Origin: Vicugna vicugna
Taxonomy: Eukaryota
Direction of reading: 5' to 3'
NCBI GenBank assembly: GCA_013265495.1
Contig: MU058065.1
Location: 1,139,527 to 1,203,526 of the forward strand
Length of the DNA: 64,000 nt
Below, piece by piece: positions 38,327-51,080 of this stretch (its first letter is position 1; each line of letters opens with the position of its first letter). Under the pieces are notes generated by a model, which worked only from the letters and a program-made list of their open reading frames with translations, ran no database searches and had not been told where the DNA came from. Position numbers and translations under genes: made by a program.

Positions 38327-39108
38327 TGAAGAGGCGGAAAGTTTCCCTCAAGCTTCTTAGGGTCCCTGACCATGTCTGAAAAGTAAACTGACAAAGAGAA
38401 AAGAGTATAAATTTATTTAAGTTTTATATGACTTGGGCCCTTCATGAAAAAGACCTAAAGAAATGGCAAAGCCTATTTGCTTTTATATTAAGTAGAAAAA
38501 GGGAGACTAATGTAAACAAGTGGCTATACTATGTGGGGGGGGTGCTCAGAGAAGAGAAGAATTATTTTAACAAGATCTGTTTGTACAGAATTCTTTCAAT
38601 TTCAACTTCTCACCTTTAAGGATAAGAACGTTCATTTGTATCACATACATAGAAAACAAACTTATAGTTACCAAAGGGGAAAGGAGGCAAGGAGGAATAC
38701 ATTGGGAGTTTGGAATTAGCAGATACACACCACTATATATAAAATAGATAAACAAGGTCCTACTGCATAGCACAAGGAACTATGCTCAATATTTTGTAAC
38801 AGGAAATGAAAAAAAAAGTGTATGTATAACTGAATCACTATGCTGTACACCAGAAAGTAACACATTGTAAATCAACTGTACTTCAATTTTTTTTAAACGT
38901 TAAAAAAAAGAAAAAGATAAGAGCACCTCTTTTCCTCCCAGTATAGGAGAGCATCTTGCACTGGGAGTTGTAGCTCCTGCTTCTAGGAAGGAAATGGAAG
39001 GTCAGAATGCCTTTCTTGCACCTGCTGCTTCTCAAGTGCCTTTAACTCAAAGTAACCAATGTGCACCAAAGTGGCGTATTTTGGGGTGACATTCTCTGAA
39101 CACCTTCA
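38327..39108 (-). mobile_element. ERV1 solo LTR (MER34/MER39-like) containing an L1 insertion
   Basis: TG...CA termini with perfect 4-bp TSD AAAG (38323-38326 / 39109-39112); reverse complement starts tgaaggtgttcagagaatgtcaccccaaaatacgccactttgg. Confidence 0.88.
38634..38912 (+). mobile_element. L1 3'UTR fragment nested in the LTR
   Basis: 'catagaaaacaaacttatagttaccaaagggg...aactgaatcactatgctgtacaccagaa...acttcaa' + A tail; TSD aaggataagaac/aaagataagagc. Confidence 0.88.
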
Positions 39109-39344
39109 AAAGCAATCTGCTTCTCAAACATTTACACCAAGTTATCCAAGAGCAGCAAAGTATGAAAGTGTCGTTCTAGAGAAGAGGTGTGCGAGGACAC
39201 CCTTCAACCTGCCAGGGTCTGACTTCCTCTTAAAACCTGTGGTACTATCTCATCTTCTTCATAACATATCCACTTGAAAATATAAAAACAGTAAAGTGCT
39301 TTAGGAAGATATACCACATTTATTCTCACGTGACATGCCCTAGT

Positions 39345-39348
<4 letters not shown>

Positions 39349-39378
<30 letters not shown>

Positions 39379-39386
39379 TGTGTGTG
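39349..39386. repeat. (TG)n microsatellite
   Basis: Directly visible. Confidence 0.95.
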
Positions 39387-39661
39387 AAATGAAGGACATT
39401 TATACCTCAGTTTCAGAGAAAAAGCCATTGGCCATTTCCTCTCTGGCCCATTGCTAAAAATTGTATGATTAATTATGAGGAAAACTTCACTGAAGAGGGG
39501 TCTGCCACTCATGATTTCTCAGGCTTTTGGGCATGAAGCAGAGTCTTGCACAAAGAATGGATAGCTGAGAATGTGGGTATGTTTACTATGAGAGGCTCAT
39601 GCCTTGGATGTGTGCTGCATGGCCGGCCAAGTGTTAAAATAAGTATTCAGCCAACGATGAG

Positions 39662-40131
39662 TGTATTAGTTTGCTTTTGCTGCTGTAACACATGACCACA
39701 GACTGAGTGCCTAAAACAACCCCAATTCATTTGCTGACACTTCTGGAGGTCAGAAGCCAGAATTAGGTCTCACTTGTTAAAATTAAGGCATCTGCAGGTC
39801 TTTTTAGAGGCTCTAAGGAAAAATCTGTTTTGTTAATTTTTCTGACTTCTCAAGGCTGCTCATCGTCCTCGGCTTAGAGCCCCTTCCTCCATCTTCAAAG
39901 CCAACAATAGGCAGTTGAAATCTCTCTTAAGTCCTATGATTCTGACTCTTTTGCCTCCCTCTTCCACCTTTCAGGACCTTTGTGATTACATTCTGCTCAC
40001 CCAGATAATACAGAATAATGTCCTTATTTTAGAGTCAGTCAATTCCACTTTGCTGTAGAATGAAACATATGCACAAGTTCCAGAGATCAAGACATGGACA
40101 TTGTTGGGGAGCCAATATTCTGTTGACCATG
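39662..40131 (-). mobile_element. MLT1D-like MaLR solo LTR
   Basis: 'tgtattagttt...gctgctgtaaca...cttcctccatcttcaaagccaacaat...gatta cattc..cccagataat...gacatggacatt'. Confidence 0.85.
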
Positions 40132-40297
40132 CTATAAAGTTCAAGACAATATCACCCTCAAAACTGAACTCCTGGGACACTAGAATAAATCTGTAATTTT
40201 ATTTTAAAAAGATTTTTGAAATTCATTAAGAAAAATCTATTAGTCAAACTTTGAAAGTCTTAACATTATAACACAAAAACATTCATTTATTTGTTTA

Positions 40298-40683
40298 AAA
40301 AAACTGCTATATACAAAATAAACAACAAGGACCTACTGTATAGCACAGGGAACTGTATTCAATACCTTCAATAGCCTATAATAAAAAAAAGAATATGAAA
40401 AGGAATATATATATAACTGAATCACTATGCTGTACATCAGAAATTAATGTAACACTGTAAATCAGTGAAACTTCAATAAATAAATAAATATGTTAAATAA
40501 AAAATAAACAGCAAGTCCCATTGTATAACATGAGGAACTATATTTAATAGCTTGCAATAACCTATAATGAAAATGACTATTCAAAAGAAAATATATGTAA
40601 ATATATATGTGTAACTGAATCACTATGCTGTACACTAGAAACTAGTACAATATTGTAAATCAGCCATACCGCAGTCAAAAAGA
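40298..40683 (+). mobile_element. Two head-to-tail L1 3'UTR termini
   Basis: The unit 'aaca.caag..c..ctgtata.ca...ggaact.tatt.aata...taactgaatcactatgctgtaca' occurs twice (~40298-40490, ~40495-40683). Confidence 0.85.
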
Positions 40684-40894
40684 AGATGTGACAGACTGGC
40701 ACTTTTTCTGGCCAGTGTTCGATGTGATCAGAAAGACATTATGTAGCTGAAATTTTAAAACGAATAAAAGTTATTTTATTGGCAGTAATATTAAAATAAT
40801 TCTCTTAGAATTTTCATATCTCCTTTTGTTTTTCTGCTGTGTGTTTGTATTTATTTTTATGATCACTAATTGTCCCTAACAGGATTTACTATTC

Positions 40895-41025
40895 TTCAAT
40901 ACAATCATCACTTGGAAGTTTGTTAGAACTAACAGAATCTTAGGGTCCACCAAACTGAATCAGAATCTGAATTTTTACAAGATTACCAGCTGATTTGTGA
41001 GCACATTAAATTATGAGAAATGCTG
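40895..41025 (+). mobile_element. MER5A1-like MITE
   Basis: 'catcacttggaagtttgttagaa...gaatcagaatctgaatttttacaagat...gcacattaaattatgagaaatgctg'; homologous to 22930-23039. Confidence 0.75.
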
Positions 41026-41969
41026 ATAGAGCAGCCTCTTACTAATGTAAACATTTATATTAGCTGTCGATATGTTTTCCTGTTTAAGTCTCTGAAAAGC
41101 CTTCATTAATGTTTTGTGCATAAAATTAACAGCCTTCATAATCATAATTTTATTTGTACAATAATAAATAAACATACTTCACATTGCTGACAGAATTTTC
41201 AGTCTATAAAGAAAGAAAAAGACAGGCTGTGGGTTAAGTTACGTCTAGAATGATCACCTATGGTTGAAAGTGAATATTCAGAGTAATTACCCAGGCGAGC
41301 TGGAGGACATGCTTTGTTTTATTACTAAGCTGGGTGTGTCGACTGGATTCGAAAGTATCCTGAAAAAGCCTTGCAATGGTCGATTACACACAAATTTACG
41401 AATTCTAGGGATTATACTGAAACAGGTATCTTGTTACTCGACCTTCCAAAGGCCAAGGGTAAAGTCAAAGCTAGAGCAGATTTTAGGGTAACATGAGACT
41501 GAAACTGAACTCTGTGTGTGTATGTGTGTGTGTGTTGGTAGATTTTATCTTTTAACACTGACTTGGAAAGGAAACAAATCAGAGTGAACAATAACAAAAG
41601 ACTGATCAGTCTAACACCCGAAGGCGCTCTTGGGTTGCTTAGCTTAGAACAAAACAAATTCAGTGAGAAACTAGAAAGGTGTCCTTACATATTTGAAAGG
41701 CTGTCCAAAGGAAGAGGAATGAGAAGTGTACAATAGCGCCCTAAGGGGTAAAACAAGAGAACAACGTGAAGAAGTTACAGGGAGGGTTTATTCCTCATAA
41801 GAAATAATTTTCCCACCATTCAAGAATGCTGTTTAAAGATTAAATGGGCTGGCTTGAGAGCCGGTGAACTCTCTGCTGCCCTAAGTGTTTAGCTTCACGC
41901 AGAATGACCGTTTGAAATGAGCACCACAGAGGGGGTTCAAGTTTCATGTGGATGATTGCCAGTCAGAGA

Positions 41970-42170
41970 TAACATTTAGTGAGCCCTTCCTAAGAGCTGG
42001 GTGCAACGCAATTGACAACCTTAACTTCATTACTGACAACTCCGTAAAGCAGGTGCTACAGTTTTCTCCATTTTAAATAAAGGCTCGGAGAAGTTAAGTC
42101 GTACAAGTGACTGGCAGGGAGTGGCAGGGATAGGGTTCGAAGCCAAGTCCCTCAGATTATAGAGCTATGA
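41970..42170 (-). mobile_element. MIR SINE
   Basis: 'acatttagtgagc...ctccattttaaataaaggctcggagaagttaagt...ggcagggatagggttcgaagccaagtc'. Confidence 0.7.
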
Positions 42171-42285
42171 GACACTTCAAACGAAGCAAGCTAGATTGGG
42201 ACCCCATTGTCTCCTCAACTGGAATGCTTCCTGCTTATCAGTGCTGAGCACAGGATGACTCTTAACTTTCAAGAACAACACTTTA

Positions 42286-42470
42286 ATATAAAACTAGATT
42301 TTTTAAAAGTTTCTTCTGTATAGCACAGGGAACTATATTCAATACCTTATAATAACCTTTAATGGAAAAGATTATGAAAATGAATATATGTATGTATATG
42401 CATGACTGGGACATTGTGCTGTACACCAGAAATTGACACATTGTAACTGACTGTACTTCAGTGAAAAAAA
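42286..42470 (+). mobile_element. Young 5'-truncated L1 3' end
   Basis: 15-bp TSD aagaacaacacttta (42271-42285) / aagaataacacttta (42471-42485); very similar to 47125-47318. Confidence 0.92.
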
Positions 42471-42544
42471 AAGAATAACACTTTATCTTTTACCCCTTTT
42501 CAGTTATTTGATACAGGATAAATCATTGAATATTTCTCACTACG

Positions 42545-42775
42545 TGAATATGTATACGTATACATGTGTGTATATAATCTGAATATGTATATATTGTATA
42601 TGTGTATGAATATGTATATATGAAAATGTATATGCATAAATATGTATATGAAAGCATATGTATGTATATATGAATGTGTATATGTATATATGACAATGCA
42701 TATGTACATCTACAGTGTATATATGAATATGTGTATATATATATATATACACCTACAGACATACATATATAAATA
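42545..42775. repeat. (TA/TG)-rich low-complexity tract
   Basis: Directly visible degenerate (TATG/TATA)n. Confidence 0.9.
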
Positions 42776-43984
42776 GATAAAGAAGAGAGTTGGGGTTGTC
42801 TACCTACAGCACAGTTATTGTGAGGATTAAACAAGTTAATGTAAAAAACTCAAGAGCACATGGGTTAGAAGAAATTCAAGAACTATTATTAACATTCTTA
42901 TTAACATATCATATAGCATAGTTTTGAAGCTAAGAACGATGCTATTTGGTTCATTACTTTTATCTTATGTTTTTTAAATGCCACAGAAATATGTACCTGA
43001 GTGAAATGAGAAATGTGGGTCCTGTGAGGTTTTGTGATCAGTCTGAACTAGAATTAGCCAGCCGTTCCTCTCTACTCTAAAGTGGCCCACCTATTACTTT
43101 AAATTACAATCTTGGTAATGATTTCCGTAAAGTACGTATCTTCCGCTAGGTAAACGCATTCATCCTGTATTTTATATATACATGTATATAATTTCCAGCC
43201 TCGAAATGACATTTACACATAGTGATGGAGTTTTGCCAGATCTAAATCTTTGTAGTGTGATAAAAAAAAAACCTTCATTTAACCTCAATGAAATAATTCT
43301 CTGCATAAAAAAAAGATACATTTTGTGGTCCTTCGTATATAATTATTAAAACAAGAAAAATATTAATAGTGAAATATCAAGGGCACTTAAAATCAGATGA
43401 AAGCTTTTGTCATTCGCTGTGGACAAGTACAGACAATGAGGAGAATTTCAAATTGATCCCTGTGATTTCTTACCTTTCTGGCGTCTGGCAGCTGTGGTTG
43501 GATCTCCCAGTGTTCCCTCACTCTGTTCACCTGTTTTCTCCAATGCCAAAAATCAAATCCTTTCTCAACCTAGTTCCCACCTTCCTTTTTAATTTAATTT
43601 CTTTCCATTATTCCCTTTGAAGCCTGCAGAAGTAACATTGTTTTTGCTGCCTTTTTAGCTATCCTTTATACGGTCGGTCGGGGCATTCCTATTTTGCTTT
43701 TTGGATACCCCTTCCTCCCCTATGTGGTATTATCTCACTTATTCTAAGAATAGTCCACGCTGAGCACTGAGGGTTGGCCAGAACGTGGGGGTTTTCTGGC
43801 CATGGTGATTGGTTTAAGGATAAAAAGTCACCGTAAACTGGAGGAAAACATACTTTTTCTACTGGTCCTCATTAGGGAGGTTTTAGACACCCCATGGTTC
43901 CTAAGAGCCGGCAAAGATCTGGAAAGACTGGGTCTTCACAATTACAAGATGAACACTTGCGAAGCATTTACAACACAGCAGGCG

Positions 43985-44180
43985 TTATTATAAGCACCAT
44001 ACACGTGTAAATACCTTGTGTTGGTGGTTGCAAGGATCATATTCCTGTTTTACAGCTGAGGAAACGGAAGCACGCAATTTTTAAGGTGTGTCCAAGGACA
44101 CACAGGTATCAAAGGACAGAACTGGGGTTTGAACCTGAGATGTGTGGCTCCAGGAAGTGCAGCTTTAATCACTATCGTCT
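43985..44180 (-). mobile_element. MIR SINE
   Basis: 'attcctgttttacagctgaggaaacggaagcac...tgtccaaggacacacag...ggggtttgaacctgag'. Confidence 0.8.
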
Positions 44181-45019
44181 GCCTCTTCAAGTGCTGTCAT
44201 TTGAACTGAAGCCAGTTCTGCTGCTGTGAATTTCACATCATGGAGCTAAAAATTCCCACCAAGACGTTTGGAGCCGGTTTGGCCATCACTGCCAAAATCC
44301 AGACCGGTCAGTCCCCTCGGAGACAAAAACATGTCTCATGTGTTTCACTCTTCATATTTACTGACTCTACAAATATTCCATTAAGTCTGTTCTTTCCAAC
44401 TGAGTATTATCGACCGAAGTTACATTTCCAGCACACAGCTCTCCTCACCCACTCTGGTCTATGAGATCTCTCCCTACTGTACCCTTACCAAACTTGCACC
44501 AAAGTACGGCATGTAGCATTTTCCTTGATGGAGCTGAATTCTTTATCTGTAATGTCTATGTCACCTTTTCCCCAAACAAAACTATTTGTCCTTAAGGTAA
44601 GGGCCCAAACTGTATATGGTCTTTCTCTGATTTCGCAGGGTCCATCCTTCAAAATTGGTACCTAAAGGAGTTTTACTAGGTATAAGACTGTCAGAACTAG
44701 TTGTGGTGTGTAGAAAAATGTGCGGTGTGGTTTAGGTGCTCTGAATTAAGAGAGATCTCCGTCCCTTGGGTCCAGGGTAGAAAAGGGTGTTTCAACATGA
44801 AAATGCATTTTTAAAGAAACTAGTCTAGATTTTTTCTCACTTTTGCATTCCATGCACTAAGTGGTCTCGTTGGACTATTGCTCCTCAATGCGTAGTTTTT
44901 TTGCTATGTCAAGAACCAGTTCTCATGTCCTCAAATGTACAGTAAGGCTTTCTTCCTGGTGGACCATGCCTCTTGCTCACAGTACTGTGAGAGCGCTCCA
45001 TGTTGGCAGAGTGTATTAG

Positions 45020-45150
45020 AGTTTATACTATGCAGAGTATGTATTGTTTCATTTGGTTCTCACAACAACCTTGTAAGGTTAGTACTGTGATTTATTTTAT
45101 ATAGTCAAGGAAAATTAGATTCAAGGATAAGTGACTGCCAGGGCACAACA
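45020..45150 (-). mobile_element. MIR SINE fragment
   Basis: 'catttggttctcacaacaaccttgtaaggttagtact...ttttatatag..aggaaa'. Confidence 0.65.
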
Positions 45151-46990
45151 CCTACTATTACATGCAAACCTTTCCCCTCTTCTATTTTATTATTTTATGG
45201 ACTGCAGAGTATCTGTCATATAGCAGCTGCTCAAGAAAGATGTATTAGTTTGACTGGCTCTTATTTTTCTTCATTATTAAGAATACCTTCAGTGTGTTAC
45301 ATTGAATACTACAAGATGCAAAGAGATGCTGTAACAAATCGACATTTTTACTGTCCCCAAGGAATTCACCAGGCAGTTTGAACCGCAATGCTCTATCCTA
45401 CACACACGTGTCTTTTTCACTCACCAGAATTGATGCAGATCTGAATGAATATCAACCACCAGGGCAATGAACAGAAACAAAGCTCACTTTTTGCCAACCA
45501 ATTGGAGAATGAACAACCTAAACTTAGGACTTGCTCATTGAATCCCCGCTGGCTAATTCTGATTCCCGAGCATGACAAACACAATGGCTTGTTACCACAT
45601 TCAGGGCTTCTAAACAGTGATGCTAATTTAAAAGCGTGGAAGGTGTAGCTTAAAGTGTGAGCTTGGGAAGAGAGGAGAACCAGCACTACTGGGAGTATTT
45701 AGACCTGGTCACATCTCTGCCCATTCACAGGAGAGGTGAACACATACATTAATTGAATTCTAAAAATCAATAAATCAGAAGCATTCATTTCCTCTAGCTT
45801 TAGTATAAGAGCTTTCTTGAAGGACTAATTTACTTATATACTTCTTTTCTAAATTGAAACTCCAAGAATGAGCACATTAATTAAGTATTTCATTAAAAGA
45901 AAGGTAACTAAACAATCTAGCATCCTTCCCTACTCCCCATCCCCTGAATATTTTGATTTAAATAAATCTCCCTCTGCTTCCTTTCATTCCTCTGGTCTCC
46001 TTCAAGTGTGAACCTCCAGCACCACAGCCCTGTCACTTTCTCCTGATCTTTAACGATTATTGATGACTGTCATTGGATTACAGCTTGTGTTCTCAAAAGC
46101 AGGAGGTGGAGTGTTAATTGGCTGAAAAGATTCCAACGCCTCCACTTGGCCTGCTTTTTATTTTTTTCTACCAACGCGCTTTCTTTACTCTGCTTCTGTA
46201 GGACTGGATCTCTCACGAACCAGCCATAGCCATGAGCTTGTATTTTGCCAGCAAAGCTGAAAAGGCCAATCTCAGGTGGTAACAAACTGGGACAGCGTCC
46301 CAGGCTCATTTGCCTTTTCATCGCATAAGTTCGGTCTTCCTAAATTCCACTTCAAATGGGATCCCCCCTGAGTTCCCTTTAAACTAAAGATCAGACCCAA
46401 GAACATCAAGTACAGTCACAGAAATTACATTTGTTTGAACAGCTGTGTGAAACATCTCTCACTGTATTCAGAACCTTCTTTTATAATCTCTTGGTCAGGG
46501 AGCCGCAAGTTCAAATGACTAATATTGAACTGAGCATAAATGATGCCGTGGAATGCAGAAGACGTCGATTTTACTGTTCCCTGGCCATTTCCAAGTTCCT
46601 TCTAGATTAGTGCTCTGAACAGCATAGATTTATTGTATTTGATCTTTCAACCTCTTTTATCTAATCGTTTTGTCTGATTTTTTTCATCCGTTCTATATAA
46701 TTTAAAGAATTGACGATCAATTTGTGGTTCTCACCTTCAAGTTTGGAAAGTACTCAACATCATTCTTATTTACATTTCATATGTATAGTTCCTCTTAGCT
46801 ACTAGCATTTTACAGCAGGTTTCGGGTTTGCAGCTCAAGTTAATTTATTCTTGGACAATTTATATTGTCTTAATTTGAGTTCTCTAGGTCAGGGAATGAA
46901 GTTAACATTTATTCGATATTAATATCAAAAGTTAGAATATTTTAAGATGAACATGTTTAACATAGAAATTTAACATAAATAGAAATTACA

Positions 46991-47318
46991 AGAGGACACC
47001 ATGAACTTATGTACAAAACAGAAACAGACTCGCAGACATAGTAAACAATCTTATAGTTATCGGGGAAAGAGAGTAGGAAGGGATATATTTGGGAGTTTGA
47101 GATTTGCAAATGTTAGCCACTATATATAAAAACAGATTTTAAAAAAAAACAAGCTTCTTCTGTATAGCACAGGGAACTATTTTCAATATCTTGCAATAGC
47201 CTTTAATGAAAAAGAATATGAAAGCGAGAATATATGTACGTATATGCATGGCTGGGACATTGTGCTGTACACCAGAAATTGACACATTGTGACTGACTGT
47301 ACTTCAATTTAAAAAAAA
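46991..47318 (+). mobile_element. Young 5'-truncated L1 3'UTR
   Basis: TSD agaaattaca (46981-46990) / agaaatcaca (47319-47328); canonical 3'UTR and A tail. Confidence 0.92.
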
Positions 47319-48099
47319 AGAAATCACAGTTATAAAAATGTTTTTAGCCAAACAGGAGGGAAGTTGGATTATCTATTATGGGAATCAAAGAACAATGGGA
47401 TCAACCTGGGGATGAAAGGGAAGAGACCCAACAGGAGGTGCCCAGATGACCTTGTATGTCTCCATTTGGGCTCCATGGGCCAGGCTGGACCACAGGCTTC
47501 CCAGAGTCTTGGCATGACACCCTTCAGTTTCTGCTGCAGCCAGGGGAGGTTAGCAGTCTGGTGGGAAGCTGCCAAGAGGCAGTTTCTCATCAATCTGGCT
47601 CCTTCCTCACTGACCCCAGGCTAGAGCTGTGGGATTATGCGCAAGTCGGCAGAGCTGCTTGGCTGCAGTGAGGTGTTGGCTTCTCAATGGAAGAGACACC
47701 GCTTGCCCTGTCTCTCCCATGGCCTCGCTGGTTCAGGGCTGTCCTGCGGGACTAGGGCATGCGGAGCAGACACCCTGCTGACCTTGCCCTTGCCGTGCGT
47801 GTAAGTCATAAACTGTCTGAATCTCTTTGGGCTCCCTTACCAGCCAAATGCAACAGCTGCAGTTGTCAACCCTCTGGCCCTGTTAGCCACCCTGCTGCTG
47901 TGTATGGACTGCTTTGCCACTTAACAGGGGCATTTCAATTGCCTGGAAGTATATGCTTTTTTTAATAAATCAATATTACTTAATTGGATCTTGCAATGAA
48001 TTGCTAATCACTAGAAACTGTTAACGTCTGCAGACACCACGGCCTGAGTCTTCTCGCTTCTGACCCTTCTTCAGCTCGCACTTCCGTCCTCTGCGGTTC

Positions 48100-48272
48100 T
48101 AGGTAACTTCAGATTTTCTCATTTTCATCTGAGTTGGTTTTGTTTATTTCACATCTCTGTCTACGCAGTAGAATTAGTTCTTCATATCAGAGAGAGCGAT
48201 TTGTTTCTGGATTCTGGATTCAGCAGAGCATAACTGATTCAGTGAATTAATGAATAAATGAATGAATGAAAA
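48100..48272 (+). mobile_element. L2 3' end with (GAAT)n tail
   Basis: 'acatctctgtct...ttcagcagagcata...gaattaatgaataaatgaatgaatga'. Confidence 0.55.
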
Positions 48273-50899
48273 ATAGTGGAAGCTAATATCCATTTAATGC
48301 TCTCCAAGCCATTTGATTTCTTAATTATCATAGTAATTCCATAAGCTTGGTATTAATTTTATGGAATAGGAAATTTGGACAAAGAAAGGTCAGATAGCAC
48401 AAGGTAAGGCTGGATATTATTACTAAGTAAGTAAATAAATAAAATATTTTATGAAAAAATACTAGGAGAAATATTTAACTTGGTTGTATATGTCTATATA
48501 CCCCTTTAATTAAAATGATTTATTCCGAATATCTTCCTTGCAATATTTTATAAGGCACTGTTACTCTAATTCATTCTTGCTTTAGCCCGATATTAAATTG
48601 GGTTACTCAGATTTTGTGTTTTGTTTTGTTTTTCCTTTTTCAGTTTTATTAGATAGAATTATCACAGTTTGACTGCATCAGATTTTGTTTTAAGTCATAT
48701 ATATATATATTTTTTTAAGTCTTATTTTAAGAGATTTCACAGGCCACATAAATCATATGTCAGCCATTCATATCAGAATTCAGTGAACTCAAATTCCAGT
48801 ATACACGATTCAGTGGATTAAAATACATAAATATATACACACCCAATGTCAAAAAGTGGAGTGAGAGAGAAGTAAAGTCTTTTCCAGATGGCACCTCGAG
48901 CTTGGTTTTTCTGTAATTCTGATCTGCTTACTGACTTCACATTAATTCAAATGCAAATTAAGTCTCAGAAATATCCGTGAATGAGAGCCATTTTCATGTT
49001 CAACTGACACAAATTTTTGTTATTCTTTAAAATATTAAAAGAACAAAATTTGGATGCATTTTAGCAATCTGGGGTAGGTAGTATTTTGGCAAAACTGTGT
49101 ATGGAAAATAAGTCAACATTTTTTAGTTAGAGTGGTTGAAACATCTTCCAATGTTATGAGTAACTCAAACACGTTTCTTACGTTTTACTACAGAAAACAT
49201 CAGGGATCTACCTCTATATTTTTTGGTGAAATACATCACTTTCTATAAATTAAGTTTTATGAGCATAAGTGAAGTGAAATTTGACAGAGCTCATAGCTAG
49301 GTCAATGACACAGAACGTGGGATGACGCTTTTTTCATTCAACATGGTTTGTGCCACCAAGGGGAGAGGGGAGGGGAATGTCTCCAATTTTAAGTATTTCT
49401 TTCTGTAACGTTATGGAAGAAGTTGACAAATAACATACATAAGTAGTATCAGTTTTGAACCTGTATTACCAAGCTAGATGGGAGGAATACCTGTGTTTCT
49501 AAGGCACCATGTTATTTTATCAAGGCATTATAACTTGGCAACCAAATGACAGGGAGATAATATTGTTCCAGTAACACCTGGCCTGTGATGCCGTTTTTCC
49601 CTCCTCACCTCCATCAAAGTTCTAGATATCCTTTCTTATCACATTTCTCAAAGAGCTTACTTTAAGTAAATTAATTGAACACATATTAGTCTCTTAATTT
49701 TGACTCCTACATTTTATATTACTGCATCATCTTTATGTGTGTGTGTATATATATGTGTTTAGAAAAATGATGAATCAAATAATTCAGGTGTCTGCGGGTT
49801 CCTATGCAAATCTTTCTGGGGAGATTTTACTCTTTAGAAGTGCTTCAGTCTGGATCACAACCTTACACTCATATGTGTTCACATCATTTTAAAATACCAC
49901 AGATGGCACGGGGCACAGACAACGCGTGCGCTAAGAGAGAGAAACACTGAATTCAGGGAGGGCGTGGTTGCCAGTGCACAGAATTTAACTCATATTGATT
50001 CTGGCTCTGTTGGCATTAGACCACATACACTGAGTTTTCATAAGAAGTGTTGATGCCATAATGAGGAGAGGAAACCAATCTCTCTGGGGATCCATGGCTG
50101 GAGCAATAATTCTTTCTGAGTAGTTGGCTGCCATTTGACTAAATCTAGTTTCAGCCTTTTAAAATAACTCCAAGGTCATCTGAAAAAATTATGCCAGGAG
50201 CAGATCATTACTGCTAAGTGTTTAACTCATTCAATATGGAACCACACATTGAGATAACTTGAACCCTGCTAGCAGCTGCCATGTTGGCTGGGCACAAGAC
50301 TACGCAAAGAATGTGTTAAATGTCTTGGGAGCTGGCAGATCGCACAAGACCAAAAATGTAATCCCTGCAGAAGATTGTTAACTCACTTACATCTCTCTGT
50401 GGTTACTGAGTATTGCTTTTCAGTCTGAGCCAGCATCTCATAAAGGTATTTCACCAATCCAAAGGGAAAGAGATCTGAGTTGTGTGGTATGATTATTACG
50501 TAGCTGTTCCTCAAAAGAAACTCAAAACTTTAGATATGATATTTGCATATAATTCAAAGGCTGTATGGATGGTCTAATATTAATAGGGCCATCTCATTAT
50601 AGTTTCTTGCAGATCTAGTTCTGTTTTTAATGAGAATACACGTTTCTTTCTTCTTTTTTTCTTGCCATGGAACCATACATATATTAGAACCATCATTCTG
50701 CACCAGACCAAGGGATTGGTTCTACTCAAGCAGCAAGGACTGCTTAAAGAATGATGCGTAAAAGAATCTTTGTTTGCGTAAGTGTCAGAGCAGCCCTTCA
50801 CTTGGCACCTTACGTCCCAGAGCTGCGTGACTGGAATCTTAAGATGCTGCCTGAGCATGCACTGGGAAGGACAAGAAGGACAGGAAATAATATTTAAGT

Positions 50900-51080
50900 A
50901 CCCTGGGTGGAGGCTTTTATTTATTTTTTTAAATCTCATTTAAACCTTACTACAACTCCATCAGATTGATAACTACCTCTATTTCATAGGTGAAGAAACT
51001 AAATCACAGAAAATTAATAACCTGCCCAGAGTCGATGGCAGAGGTATGACTGGAGGCCAGGCTTTTCTCCCTCCAAAGAC
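50900..51080 (-). mobile_element. MIR SINE
   Basis: 'tctcatttaaacctt..acaac...atttcataggtgaagaaactaaatcacaga..ttaataacctgcccagagtc'. Confidence 0.75.

Noticed and set aside
42500..42834. Y/I/H/T-rich ORFs
   Set aside because: Translation of TA/TG low-complexity DNA
43474..43623. Minus-strand 150-nt segment with AG/GTAAG boundaries
   Set aside because: Stops in all three frames; no other support
49352..49366. CTCF-like CCACCAAGGGGAGA
   Set aside because: Mismatches at core positions
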